Part shown: positions 1 through 6,616 of the stretch, one piece after another
How the letters are laid out: the number at the start of each line of letters is the position of its first letter
Numbering within the stretch: the first letter of the stretch is position 1
Source of the DNA: Candidatus Hadarchaeota archaeon
GTDB lineage: Archaea > Hadarchaeota > Hadarchaeia > Hadarchaeales > Hadarchaeaceae
Direction: 5' to 3'
Assembly (NCBI GenBank): GCA_040755315.1
Contig: JBFMBF010000022.1
Location: 1-19,658 of the forward strand
Length of the DNA: 19,658 bases
The notes under the pieces: generated by a model
Seen by the model: only the letters and a program-made list of their open reading frames with translations
What the model was told of the DNA's origin: nothing
The model's database searches: none
Program-made: the position numbers and the translations under genes

Positions 1-41
1 GCCTTGATTACCTTCTCCGAACCGCACCGAGGACACTTCAC
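1..41 (-). CDS. N-terminus of an IS1/InsA-like Zn-ribbon protein (transposase or integrase candidate), truncated by the window edge
   Basis: Minus strand from GTG at 41 reads MKCPRCGSEKVIKA, the first half of the CPxCGS..VxKxG Zn-ribbon pattern. An in-frame TAG at 54-56 limits the start. Not in the ORF track. Confidence 0.5.
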   Translation of the reverse strand, partial: MKCPRCGSEKVIK

Positions 42-97
42 TTTCGTTTTCCCCTATAACCACCGCCCCGACCCCAGACTCCAAATGAAACTATGTG

Positions 98-121
98 GTT
101 CAAGTCAAAAGTTCAGAGGAG
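98..121. repeat. 24-bp element, inverted copy of 796-819
   Basis: gttcaagtcaaaagttcagaggag; its reverse complement matches ctcccctgaacttttggcttgaac (796-819) at 22/24 positions. Confidence 0.75.
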
Positions 122-185
122 AACCAACTGAGGGTTACCTCAAAAAGCAAGTTTGGTTAGGCACATTTTATCCTCAATTCTCAAA

Positions 186-201
186 TGGTGGGCCCGGAGG
201 G
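186..201 (-). repeat. att-like 16-bp duplication of the tRNA-Ile 3' end
   Basis: tggtgggcccggaggg is identical to 880-895, which is the 3' T-stem strand, 3' acceptor strand and ACCA of tRNA-Ile. Confidence 0.8.
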
Positions 202-262
202 TCCCGAGTTAAAATGGGTATGGGTCCATCCCGAAAATGGTCTAATTGCAATCGAAATTTAT

Positions 263-493
263 TTACGCTTTTTCCAGCAGCTCAAAGAACCTCTTTCGAG
301 AGAGCTTTGATTCTCGGATTATTGCCCTTACTAGCCCAGGCTTGACATCTTTGCCCGGATGTACTGGAACAACCGTCCGTACGCCTTCCCTTACTAGGAT
401 GACATGAGAACCACTCTGTCTAACGACCTGAAACCCTTCGCGCGTCAGTAGTTTTATTATTTTGTCCGGTGGTACGGGCCCGATTTTAGGCAT
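263..493 (-). CDS. hicA: Type II TA toxin, HicA family mRNA interferase
   Basis: 76 aa with the HicA pattern GF...RQSGSH...VVPVH..KDVK.G...AII. Overlaps the hicB stop. Confidence 0.92.
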   Translation of the reverse strand: MPKIGPVPPDKIIKLLTREGFQVVRQSGSHVILVREGVRTVVPVHPGKDVKPGLVRAIIRESKLSRKRFFELLEKA

Positions 494-725
494 GAACTTC
501 TACTCTCTGGAGGCCTAGGATTGACTGGGCTGACCGGATTGCTTCTGACTTTTCATCTTCTTCGAGAGTTTCCAAGTAAAGCTCAATTGCATCTTCAACG
601 TTTTTCATGAGATCTTCCAGGGTATCGCCTTGGGTGTGACACCCCGGTAAAGCAGGGACGAATGCCACGTATCCTCCGCTCTCGTCTTTTTGTACCACAA
701 CATCGAATGAGAACTTTTTCTTCAT
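486..725 (-). CDS. hicB: Type II TA antitoxin, short HicB-like (UPF0150) protein without a C-terminal DNA-binding domain
   Basis: 79 aa with GGYVAFVPALPGCHTQGDTLEDLMKNVEDAIELYLE. TATA-like TTTATTA on the minus strand at about 757-763. Confidence 0.92.
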   Translation of the reverse strand: MKKKFSFDVVVQKDESGGYVAFVPALPGCHTQGDTLEDLMKNVEDAIELYLETLEEDEKSEAIRSAQSILGLQRVEVHA

Positions 726-769
726 GCCGCTGCCACCTAAACCTTGGCCGACAAACTAATAAACATTCT

Positions 770-865
770 CTTTTGGCTGGAACACCCGCTGGTGGCTCCC
801 CTGAACTTTTGGCTTGAACTGTATACACCTTGTTTGGTCCGAGCCTGACGGATTCAAACCAAAAA
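770..865. repeat. Cluster of ~14-bp CTTTTGRCTKGAAC-like motifs
   Basis: 770-783 cttttggctggaac and 806-819 cttttggcttgaac match at 13/14. 852-865 is an inverted copy at 11/14. The same motif is inverted at 98-111. Confidence 0.6.
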
Positions 866-879
866 GCTGGTGAGTCCAG

Positions 880-970
880 TGGTGGGCCCGGAGGGATTCG
901 AACCCTCGACCTCCCGGTTTCTGCCACGCGTTATCAGCCGAGCGCGCTAGCCATGCTGCGCCACGGGCCC
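880..970 (-). tRNA. tRNA-Ile(GAT) with a 13-nt intron at 37/38 (919-931); CCA encoded
   Basis: Cloverleaf: acceptor GGGCCCG/CGGGCCC, D stem GCGC/GCGC, anticodon stem CTCGG/CCGGG, loop CT-GAT-A^A, T arm GAGGG-TTCGAAT-CCCTC, then ACCA. Confidence 0.95.
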
Positions 971-1112
971 ACCAGTTTGTTTATGTGGAGGGGTGTTTTA
1001 AGTTTAGTCCAAATCACCCTTGGATTTTGAAAAAAATCCCAGCCGCTTGTTTTCCATGTGGCGTCAAGAGCTGCCGACGGCCAAGCGAGAGTAAGCTCCC
1101 TCACAAAAACAA

Positions 1113-1154
1113 TGAAAAAAACAAAATATTTCGCTACCGCTAACAAGCGATAGC
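1113..1154 (-). terminator. Putative terminator after the CxxC-x17-CxxC gene
   Basis: 9-bp hairpin GCTATCGCT-TGTT-AGCGGTAGC (1154-1133) followed by T-rich tracts (ATTTTGTTTTTTT) on the minus strand. Confidence 0.45.
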
Positions 1155-1184
1155 CCCAAAAACAACCCAGCTAGCTAACCAGCC

Positions 1185-1358
1185 TTATGGGCCCCTTTGG
1201 GTTCTCCGCTTCTGCCAGCAGTCGCGGCAGTAAACGGGCCTTCCTTCGGTGGGCTTGAAGGGGACCTCGCACTCGTTCCCGCAGTCCGCGCAGGTAGCCT
1301 TGTGCATTTGCCTCGGTCCGAACCTCCTCGGTCCACCGAACCTTCCGCCATATGCCAT
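1185..1358 (-). CDS. CxxC-x17-CxxC domain small zinc-finger protein (57 aa)
   Basis: MAYGGRFGGPRRFGPRQMHKATCADCGNECEVPFKPTEGRPVYCRDCWQKRRTQRGP with a GGAG RBS upstream. Not in the ORF track. Confidence 0.93.
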   Translation of the reverse strand: MAYGGRFGGPRRFGPRQMHKATCADCGNECEVPFKPTEGRPVYCRDCWQKRRTQRGP

Positions 1359-1380
1359 TTTCTCTTACTCCTTTTTTCTT

Positions 1381-1469
1381 GGCCACAACCAGAAACAGTC
1401 GAGCCGTTCCAGTTGCTTTTCTGAGAAAAGCCGTTGTGTCCGCTCCCACTCTGTGGAGGGGTTTAAAAA
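1381..1469 (-). promoter_or_regulatory. TATA box plus structured 5' leader (candidate cis-regulatory RNA)
   Basis: TTTTTAAA at 1469-1462. 1441-1381 can fold as a three-way junction ending just before the RBS. Confidence 0.55.
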
Positions 1470-1523
1470 GGTGCTGGAAAAACGCTCCAAAAAACATTAC
1501 TTATGTTAAGGAAGAGTAGAATA

Positions 1524-1631
1524 GGGCCCGTGGTCCAGCCTGGATAGTGCTTCAGCGCCCAGAAAAGACACCAGCCTGCGGTCGTGACTGGTGGTTAGCT
1601 GGTGACCGGGGTTCGAATCCCCGCGGGCCCG
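1524..1631 (+). tRNA. tRNA-Arg(GCG) with two introns: D-loop 20a/21 (1546-1564) and 37/38 (1582-1596); CCA not encoded
   Basis: Acceptor GGGCCCG/CGGGCCC+G73, anticodon stem CCAGC/GCTGG, loop CT-GCG-G^A, T arm CGGGG-TTCGAAT-CCCCG. Both inserts form BHB motifs. The Arg identity base A20 is present. Confidence 0.92.
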
Positions 1632-1698
1632 CTTTTCGGAATTCCAGCCGCAATTGTGAAAGCATTTATCCATTTCAGGCCACTTTTAGTTGGATGTC

Positions 1699-3237
1699 AT
1701 GAAGGTGAACAAGGCTCTGCTAAGTGTCTCAAACAAGGTGGGAATTGTGGAGTTCGCGAAAGGGCTTCAGGCGCTTGGCGTGGAAATCACATCGACGGGC
1801 GGCACGGCCAAAGCCCTGAGGGAAAGCGGCGTCGACGTGAAAGATGTTTCCGAGATAACTGGCTTCCCCGAGATGCTCGACGGCCGGGTGAAGACCCTGC
1901 ACCCGAAAGTCCACGGCGGAATCCTCGCTGTCCGGGGCAACGCGAGGCACATCAAAGAGCTGGAAGAGCAAAACATTCAGCCAATAGACCTGATTGCCGT
2001 GAACTTGTACCCGTTTGAAGAGACTGTCAGAATCGGCGGCGGGCTTGAGAATGCGATAGAAAACATAGACATCGGCGGCCCAGCCATGCTCAGGTCGGCG
2101 GCAAAAAATTACAGAGACGTGGCGGTAGTCGTCGACCCGGGAGACTATGGAAAAGTCCTGTCTGAGATGAAGGCGAACGACCGCACCATCAGCGACGGAA
2201 CAAGAGAAGGGCTGGCCGCCAAGGCATTTTCCCACACGGCGAGGTACGACACGATCATTTCAAATTACCTCCGGGGCAAGTTCAACCTTGAAGATTTTCC
2301 AGATGTCCTGAATTTGTCATACAAAAAAATCTCCGACCTGCGCTATGGCGAGAACCCTCACCAAAAGGCGGCATTCTACGGAGGGGCTGCCGAAAATGCT
2401 GGTGTCTCGGCGGCGAGGAAGCTTTGGGGCAAGGAACTCTCTTACAACAACATCCTCGACCTGACGGCGGCCCTCGAGGTTGTGAATGAATTTGAAGAGC
2501 CTGCCTGCGCCATCGTGAAGCATGCCAACCCGGCCGGCGTGACCGTGGCCGAAAGTGGGCTGGAGGCCTACAGGCTGACCTACCAAACCGACCCCCTGTC
2601 AGCGTTCGGCGGGGTGATCGCCATAAACAGGGAAGTGGACCGAGAAACCGCGCAGGAGATGTCGAAGATCTTTCTTGAGGCGGTGATCGCCCCGAAGTTC
2701 AGCGGGGAGGCCCTGGGGATACTGAAGAAGAAAAAGAACATCCGCCTGCTGGAGCTCAAGATGCCGCACGGCCGCGGCGGCGAGAAGGATTTGAAATCCG
2801 TGGCCGGAGACCTGTTATTACAGGAGAAAAACGTGCGGGTGATGGATGCCCGCGAGCTGAAAACTGTTACAAAGAGGCCCCCGACTGAACAAGAACTGGA
2901 GTCGCTCCTGTTCGCCTTCAAGGTGGCAAAATACTGCGCTTCCAACGCAATTGTCTTCGCGAAGGGCATGAGGACGGTCTCGCTCGGTTACGGCCAGCCG
3001 AGCAGGATAGGCGCGGCGCAGGTGGGGCTGATGAAGGGAGGGAAGGAGATCATGGGTTCCGTGATGGCCAGCGACGGCTTTTTCCCATTCAGGGACACGG
3101 TGGAAGTTTCCGCAGAAGCCGGCGTGACCGCGATCATCCAGCCGGGAGGCTCCGTCTCCGACCCAGACGTAATCAAGGCCGCAGACGAGCACGGCATGGC
3201 GATGATGTTCACTGGCGTGCGGTGTTTCAGGCACTGA
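1699..3237 (+). CDS. purH: Bifunctional AICAR formyltransferase / IMP cyclohydrolase
   Basis: Motifs ALLSVSNK, STGGT, GRVKTLHP, IDIGGP, LRYGENPHQ, ELSYNN, VKHANP, ASDGFFPF, IIQPGGS and a C-terminal RCFRH. ATG 1699 is preferred over TTG 1690. Confidence 0.97.
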   Translation: MKVNKALLSVSNKVGIVEFAKGLQALGVEITSTGGTAKALRESGVDVKDVSEITGFPEMLDGRVKTLHPKVHGGILAVRGNARHIKELEEQNIQPIDLIAVNLYPFEETVRIGGGLENAIENIDIGGPAMLRSAAKNYRDVAVVVDPGDYGKVLSEMKANDRTISDGTREGLAAKAFSHTARYDTIISNYLRGKFNLEDFPDVLNLSYKKISDLRYGENPHQKAAFYGGAAENAGVSAARKLWGKELSYNNILDLTAALEVVNEFEEPACAIVKHANPAGVTVAESGLEAYRLTYQTDPLSAFGGVIAINREVDRETAQEMSKIFLEAVIAPKFSGEALGILKKKKNIRLLELKMPHGRGGEKDLKSVAGDLLLQEKNVRVMDARELKTVTKRPPTEQELESLLFAFKVAKYCASNAIVFAKGMRTVSLGYGQPSRIGAAQVGLMKGGKEIMGSVMASDGFFPFRDTVEVSAEAGVTAIIQPGGSVSDPDVIKAADEHGMAMMFTGVRCFRH

Positions 3238-3243
3238 CTGCTT

Positions 3244-4104
3244 CTAAAACAGCGCGACCAGGCCCACCCCAAGGAAAACGACAGCCATCCCTGCGAATGC
3301 CATCCTAGTCGGCTTTTCTCTGACAATCAGGATGCTCAGCAGGAACCCAAGCGGGATGACGGCAGATACAAACGGCGCAAGGTTTGTGACCTGCTCAAGC
3401 CCAAGCGCGAGCATGAAGAAAACGTTGCCGATGAAATGGGCCAGTATCCCCGACGTTATGCTCAAGCCCACGCTGGTCCTGTTGAAGCGCTGCCCCCTCC
3501 AGGCCCCTGAAATAAACAGCATCAAACTTGTGGCTACCGCCGCGGAGGCCACTGAAATCCAGAGAAAAACCAAATAATTCGCGCCAACGTTTATTGCTGA
3601 TTTTCTCATGACCTCGTGCAGGCCAAAAATAAACGCGGAGCCCAGAGCCAGCGCAGCTGCCGGTTTCCAGTAGTAATGATCCACTTTTTTTGGAACAAGC
3701 ATGAAGGAGCCGGCGACCACCAGTGCAATCGAAAAAGGCAGGACAACGTTTACTTGCTCACCAATGAGGAGAGGCGCTGTAAGGACGGCCCACACCGGGG
3801 TGGTGTTTCCCACGGGGATGATCCTGTGGGCGGGAGCTTTCTTCAAGCAGTGAAAGTAGACCTGGTTGGCGATGAAGAACCCCAAAATTCCGGAAAGGAC
3901 CGCAAGAATTGCAATCTCCGTGCCCAAAGTTCCCAATCCTGCGGCAAACGCAAACGGAGCAAGTGCAATAGTTACGGCGGAGAATCTTATTGCGTTGAAA
4001 GCCGTCGCATTCAAGTCGCGCAGCGCAATCTTTCCTATTACTTGCGCTGAACCCCACAAGAAGGCGGCGCCCAACGCCAGCGCGGCGGCTGTTGACTGCA
4101 TCAT
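3244..4104 (-). CDS. EamA/DMT family transporter
   Basis: About 10 hydrophobic segments in two repeats (AAFLWG, IGEQ, VREKP motifs). A GGTGA RBS precedes ATG 4104/4101. Confidence 0.88.
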   Translation of the reverse strand: MMQSTAAALALGAAFLWGSAQVIGKIALRDLNATAFNAIRFSAVTIALAPFAFAAGLGTLGTEIAILAVLSGILGFFIANQVYFHCLKKAPAHRIIPVGNTTPVWAVLTAPLLIGEQVNVVLPFSIALVVAGSFMLVPKKVDHYYWKPAAALALGSAFIFGLHEVMRKSAINVGANYLVFLWISVASAAVATSLMLFISGAWRGQRFNRTSVGLSITSGILAHFIGNVFFMLALGLEQVTNLAPFVSAVIPLGFLLSILIVREKPTRMAFAGMAVVFLGVGLVALF

Positions 4105-4205
4105 CTCACCCTTTTGCGTACTTCCCAACTTGATGGGGTACCACAAAAAGATGTCGGGCCGCCCCACAACTTAATCTATTAACCACCAGACAGACATTTA
4201 CTCGT

Positions 4206-4296
4206 GCGGCGGTGGTCCAGCCTGGCTAAGACTCAGGCCCTCCATATAAACTGAGGTGAGCCTGTAACGCGGGTCCAAATCCCGCCCGCCGCACCA
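4206..4296 (+). tRNA. tRNA-Gly(TCC) with a 14-nt intron at 37/38 (4245-4258); atypical C33 and C55; CCA encoded
   Basis: Acceptor GCGGCGG/CCGCCGC+A73, anticodon stem CAGGC/GCCTG, loop CC-TCC-A^A, BHB helix CCTC/GAGG, T arm GCGGG-TCCAAAT-CCCGC. Confidence 0.88.
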
Positions 4297-4381
4297 AACT
4301 TTAATCAAAAATGGCCCCGCCAGATACAGTAAACACAAGCCCATGAAACATGTATTTAAAGTGCTCTGTAATCTGTTATGT

Positions 4382-6526
4382 ATGAGAATGTTTCCGAAAA
4401 AGGCTTCTGCAATCGCAATAGTTATTATTGTTTTAGTTGCAGTCATGGTTCCACTCGTGTTGTTAGCGCGTGCACCTGCCCCTAATTTTGGAACTCCGGT
4501 CGGAGCAGTAGCGATAACCACCGGGGATGAAACAAGCGTAACGTCCGGAAGCGTTTCTCACAGCGGCGGGACAATGCAGGTGACCACCGCCTCAAGCCCG
4601 CTCAACGGACTTGAGATAGAGGTCCCAGCAGCCGCGACGGACGAGAACATTTCATTCAACGTAAGCTACGCGGATGTTTCAAGCGTCACCGGGCTGCCCG
4701 CGAATGCGGCAGTTGCAAGCAAAATGATAACAATAGAAACAAATGGTTCGGACACCTGGAACGAATCAAAGGCCTTCAACAAAGCGGTTCTGGTTACCTT
4801 GCCGTACGACCCGGATCTGGCAGCCGGGGACGGGCCTGTGAGATTCTACGCGTACGATGAGAACAACAAGACTCTCGAAGCGGTGGGATTTTCTTCCCAA
4901 GACAACGCCCAAAACACCATTTCATTCTACACGAGGACATTCTCAAAGTTCGTGGCGATAGAACTGAGCATGACCGTCGCCGAGTTGTTGGGGTCGGATT
5001 ACAGCGTTGACACAGGATTCCGGCCCGCCACAGACGGCTGGTACATCACGAACTACGGCTCGTATCTGGAGTCTGGTGGCTTGTGCATGGGCATGGTAAG
5101 TTACGCCAAGTTTTACTATACTTACTTGAAGCCGTTTATCGGGGCTGGCCTGTATGGAAAATACCGCGAGGGGGACCCGAACGAGTGGAGGGATGACGCG
5201 ACTGCAATACAGCTGGCCACGAGGGCGCACACGGCGGAGTCAGACGTCTGGGATCAAACGTGGAAACACGAGATACAAACGCAGGTTCCGTCCTCCAAAG
5301 ATGTTGCATTGAGCTGGATACATGGGATGGTTGTTACAGGCACGCCGCAGCTCATAGGGATATACGAACAGGTCGCCAGTGGCGACTGGACCGGCGGGCA
5401 CGCGATACTCACCTACAAGTATTCTGGCGGAAATTTTGAAATCTACGACCCGAATCATCCAGGGACCGCTCCGGGAACCGCGGCAAGACAAATCCCTTTC
5501 ACACTCAGTTCTGGATTCACGCAGGCCTACCAGTCTGGCACCACGGCTGCAGACAGCGCCTTTAATTATAATGTATTCTTGCACTTCGGCTACAAGATGT
5601 TCCACCCGTTCCTATCCTTCATTAACCTGCACTTGTCCGCCGAGAAGAAATTCCAGGACGACACGCTGTTCCCAGATGTGATTCTCACAGATTCCACCAC
5701 AGACCCCGTTGGCTCCACACCCACAGACACAGATGGAGACGGCATCAGGGACACGAGCGAAAGCAAGATTACTATTTCTGGGACTATCAAGGGCGGAAAG
5801 GCCCCCGTGAACTCGACCCTAATCTTCGTCAGCAACCAGAAATTTGAAGTGAAAGTGGACAATCAGACCGGCGTGTTCTCACAAGAGGTTCCCCTTTTCC
5901 AAGGGAACAATGACGTGATCATTCTTGCCACGGACACTGACACATTTTCCAATTGGGCGGGTTACCACAGAGAAACCATAAAAAGCAACGCTTCTCTTGC
6001 CTCGCTCACATTAACGTTGACTTGGGGACAGGATCAGAGCGATGTCGACCTTCATGTGCTGGAGCCGACGATAGGTAGCACTGCGGGAAGACACATTTAC
6101 TATAGCAACAAAGGATCTGGCTATGGGTATCCGTACCTAGACATGGATGATACAACGGGCTACGGTCCAGAGCACTACTATGCAACCGAAAGCATGATTC
6201 TGCCGAACTCTGCAGATAATTCATTGTATGGGGCGTACAAATTCAGAGTGCACTATTACGCGGACCATGACCAAGACACTGAATCTACCCAGCCAATCAC
6301 TTGGAACGTGTCGGCCAGATATCTCGCGTACAAGGATGTGGCTCGGAACAAAGAATACTGGGTGGATAAATCATGGAGTGGATCACTGGCGGCGGAAAGC
6401 ACGTCTGGCACTTCTAATTTCAACAGCTCGGGAAGCTCGTGGTCGCAAATTTACGAGTTGGATTACGAGAAACCCAACCCCGCAACCTATGGCACGCCCA
6501 ACCCGCCGCAAAACGTGCTGCCGTGA
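4382..6526 (+). CDS. Secreted or membrane-anchored multidomain protein: ZU5-like beta region, papain-like Cys-His-Asp domain, Ig-like domain, YfaP/DUF2135-like C-terminus
   Basis: N-terminal KK plus a hydrophobic helix; GLCMGM, GGHAIL and IYDPN motifs; LTW..SDVDLHVLEP...LDMDDTTGYGPEH...YKFRVHYY. TTTAAA at 4355-4360 favours a start at 4382 or 4388. Confidence 0.75.
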   Translation: MRMFPKKASAIAIVIIVLVAVMVPLVLLARAPAPNFGTPVGAVAITTGDETSVTSGSVSHSGGTMQVTTASSPLNGLEIEVPAAATDENISFNVSYADVSSVTGLPANAAVASKMITIETNGSDTWNESKAFNKAVLVTLPYDPDLAAGDGPVRFYAYDENNKTLEAVGFSSQDNAQNTISFYTRTFSKFVAIELSMTVAELLGSDYSVDTGFRPATDGWYITNYGSYLESGGLCMGMVSYAKFYYTYLKPFIGAGLYGKYREGDPNEWRDDATAIQLATRAHTAESDVWDQTWKHEIQTQVPSSKDVALSWIHGMVVTGTPQLIGIYEQVASGDWTGGHAILTYKYSGGNFEIYDPNHPGTAPGTAARQIPFTLSSGFTQAYQSGTTAADSAFNYNVFLHFGYKMFHPFLSFINLHLSAEKKFQDDTLFPDVILTDSTTDPVGSTPTDTDGDGIRDTSESKITISGTIKGGKAPVNSTLIFVSNQKFEVKVDNQTGVFSQEVPLFQGNNDVIILATDTDTFSNWAGYHRETIKSNASLASLTLTLTWGQDQSDVDLHVLEPTIGSTAGRHIYYSNKGSGYGYPYLDMDDTTGYGPEHYYATESMILPNSADNSLYGAYKFRVHYYADHDQDTESTQPITWNVSARYLAYKDVARNKEYWVDKSWSGSLAAESTSGTSNFNSSGSSWSQIYELDYEKPNPATYGTPNPPQNVLP

Positions 6527-6616
6527 GAGCCGTCCAATTAGTTTGCAACAGTGCCCATTGTGGAACTTGCGCTCAACTTTCTTTTCTGGCCTGCCATTGA
6601 CGCCCGCTGTGCCACT

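Larger units (their letters stand above)
186..895. mobile_element. Putative tRNA-Ile-integrated mini-islet carrying only hicBA
   Basis: Direct 16-bp repeats at 186-201 and 880-895 flank a TA pair. No recombinase lies inside. Confidence 0.55.

Noticed and set aside
4..345. 113-aa + strand ORF
   Set aside because: No recognisable motifs. It overlaps hicA and the Zn-ribbon start antisense and crosses the att/repeat region.
790..801. tggtggctcccc as another tRNA 3'-end (att) fragment
   Set aside because: It ends in ACCA on the minus strand but matches none of the three tRNAs beyond a few bases, and is better explained as part of the 24-bp repeat.
770..865. CRISPR array from repeats spaced 36 bp apart
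   Set aside because: The repeats are only 14 bp, few, and of mixed orientation, and no cas genes are present.
595..1146. ORFs 595..927, 830..1030 and 934..1146
   Set aside because: Shadow frames across hicB and tRNA-Ile; GGPGGIRTLDL is a typical antisense-tRNA translation.
1171..1509. ORFs 1171..1497, 1197..1424 and 1249..1509
   Set aside because: Wrong-frame or antisense shadows of the real gene at 1185..1358.
1632..1698. ZTP or purine riboswitch upstream of purH
   Set aside because: Only 67 nt, with a TATA-like TTTAT near 1666, leaving no room or recognisable motif.
4234..4264. Reading the third tRNA as tRNA-Glu(CTC)
   Set aside because: BHB-defined splicing gives a 7-nt loop centred on TCC, and the GCG acceptor start with A73 fits archaeal tRNA-Gly.
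6502..6510. cccgccgca as an attR of tRNA-Gly bounding the surface-protein gene
   Set aside because: Only 9 bp, GC-rich and inside coding sequence (NPPQ), so it is expected by chance.
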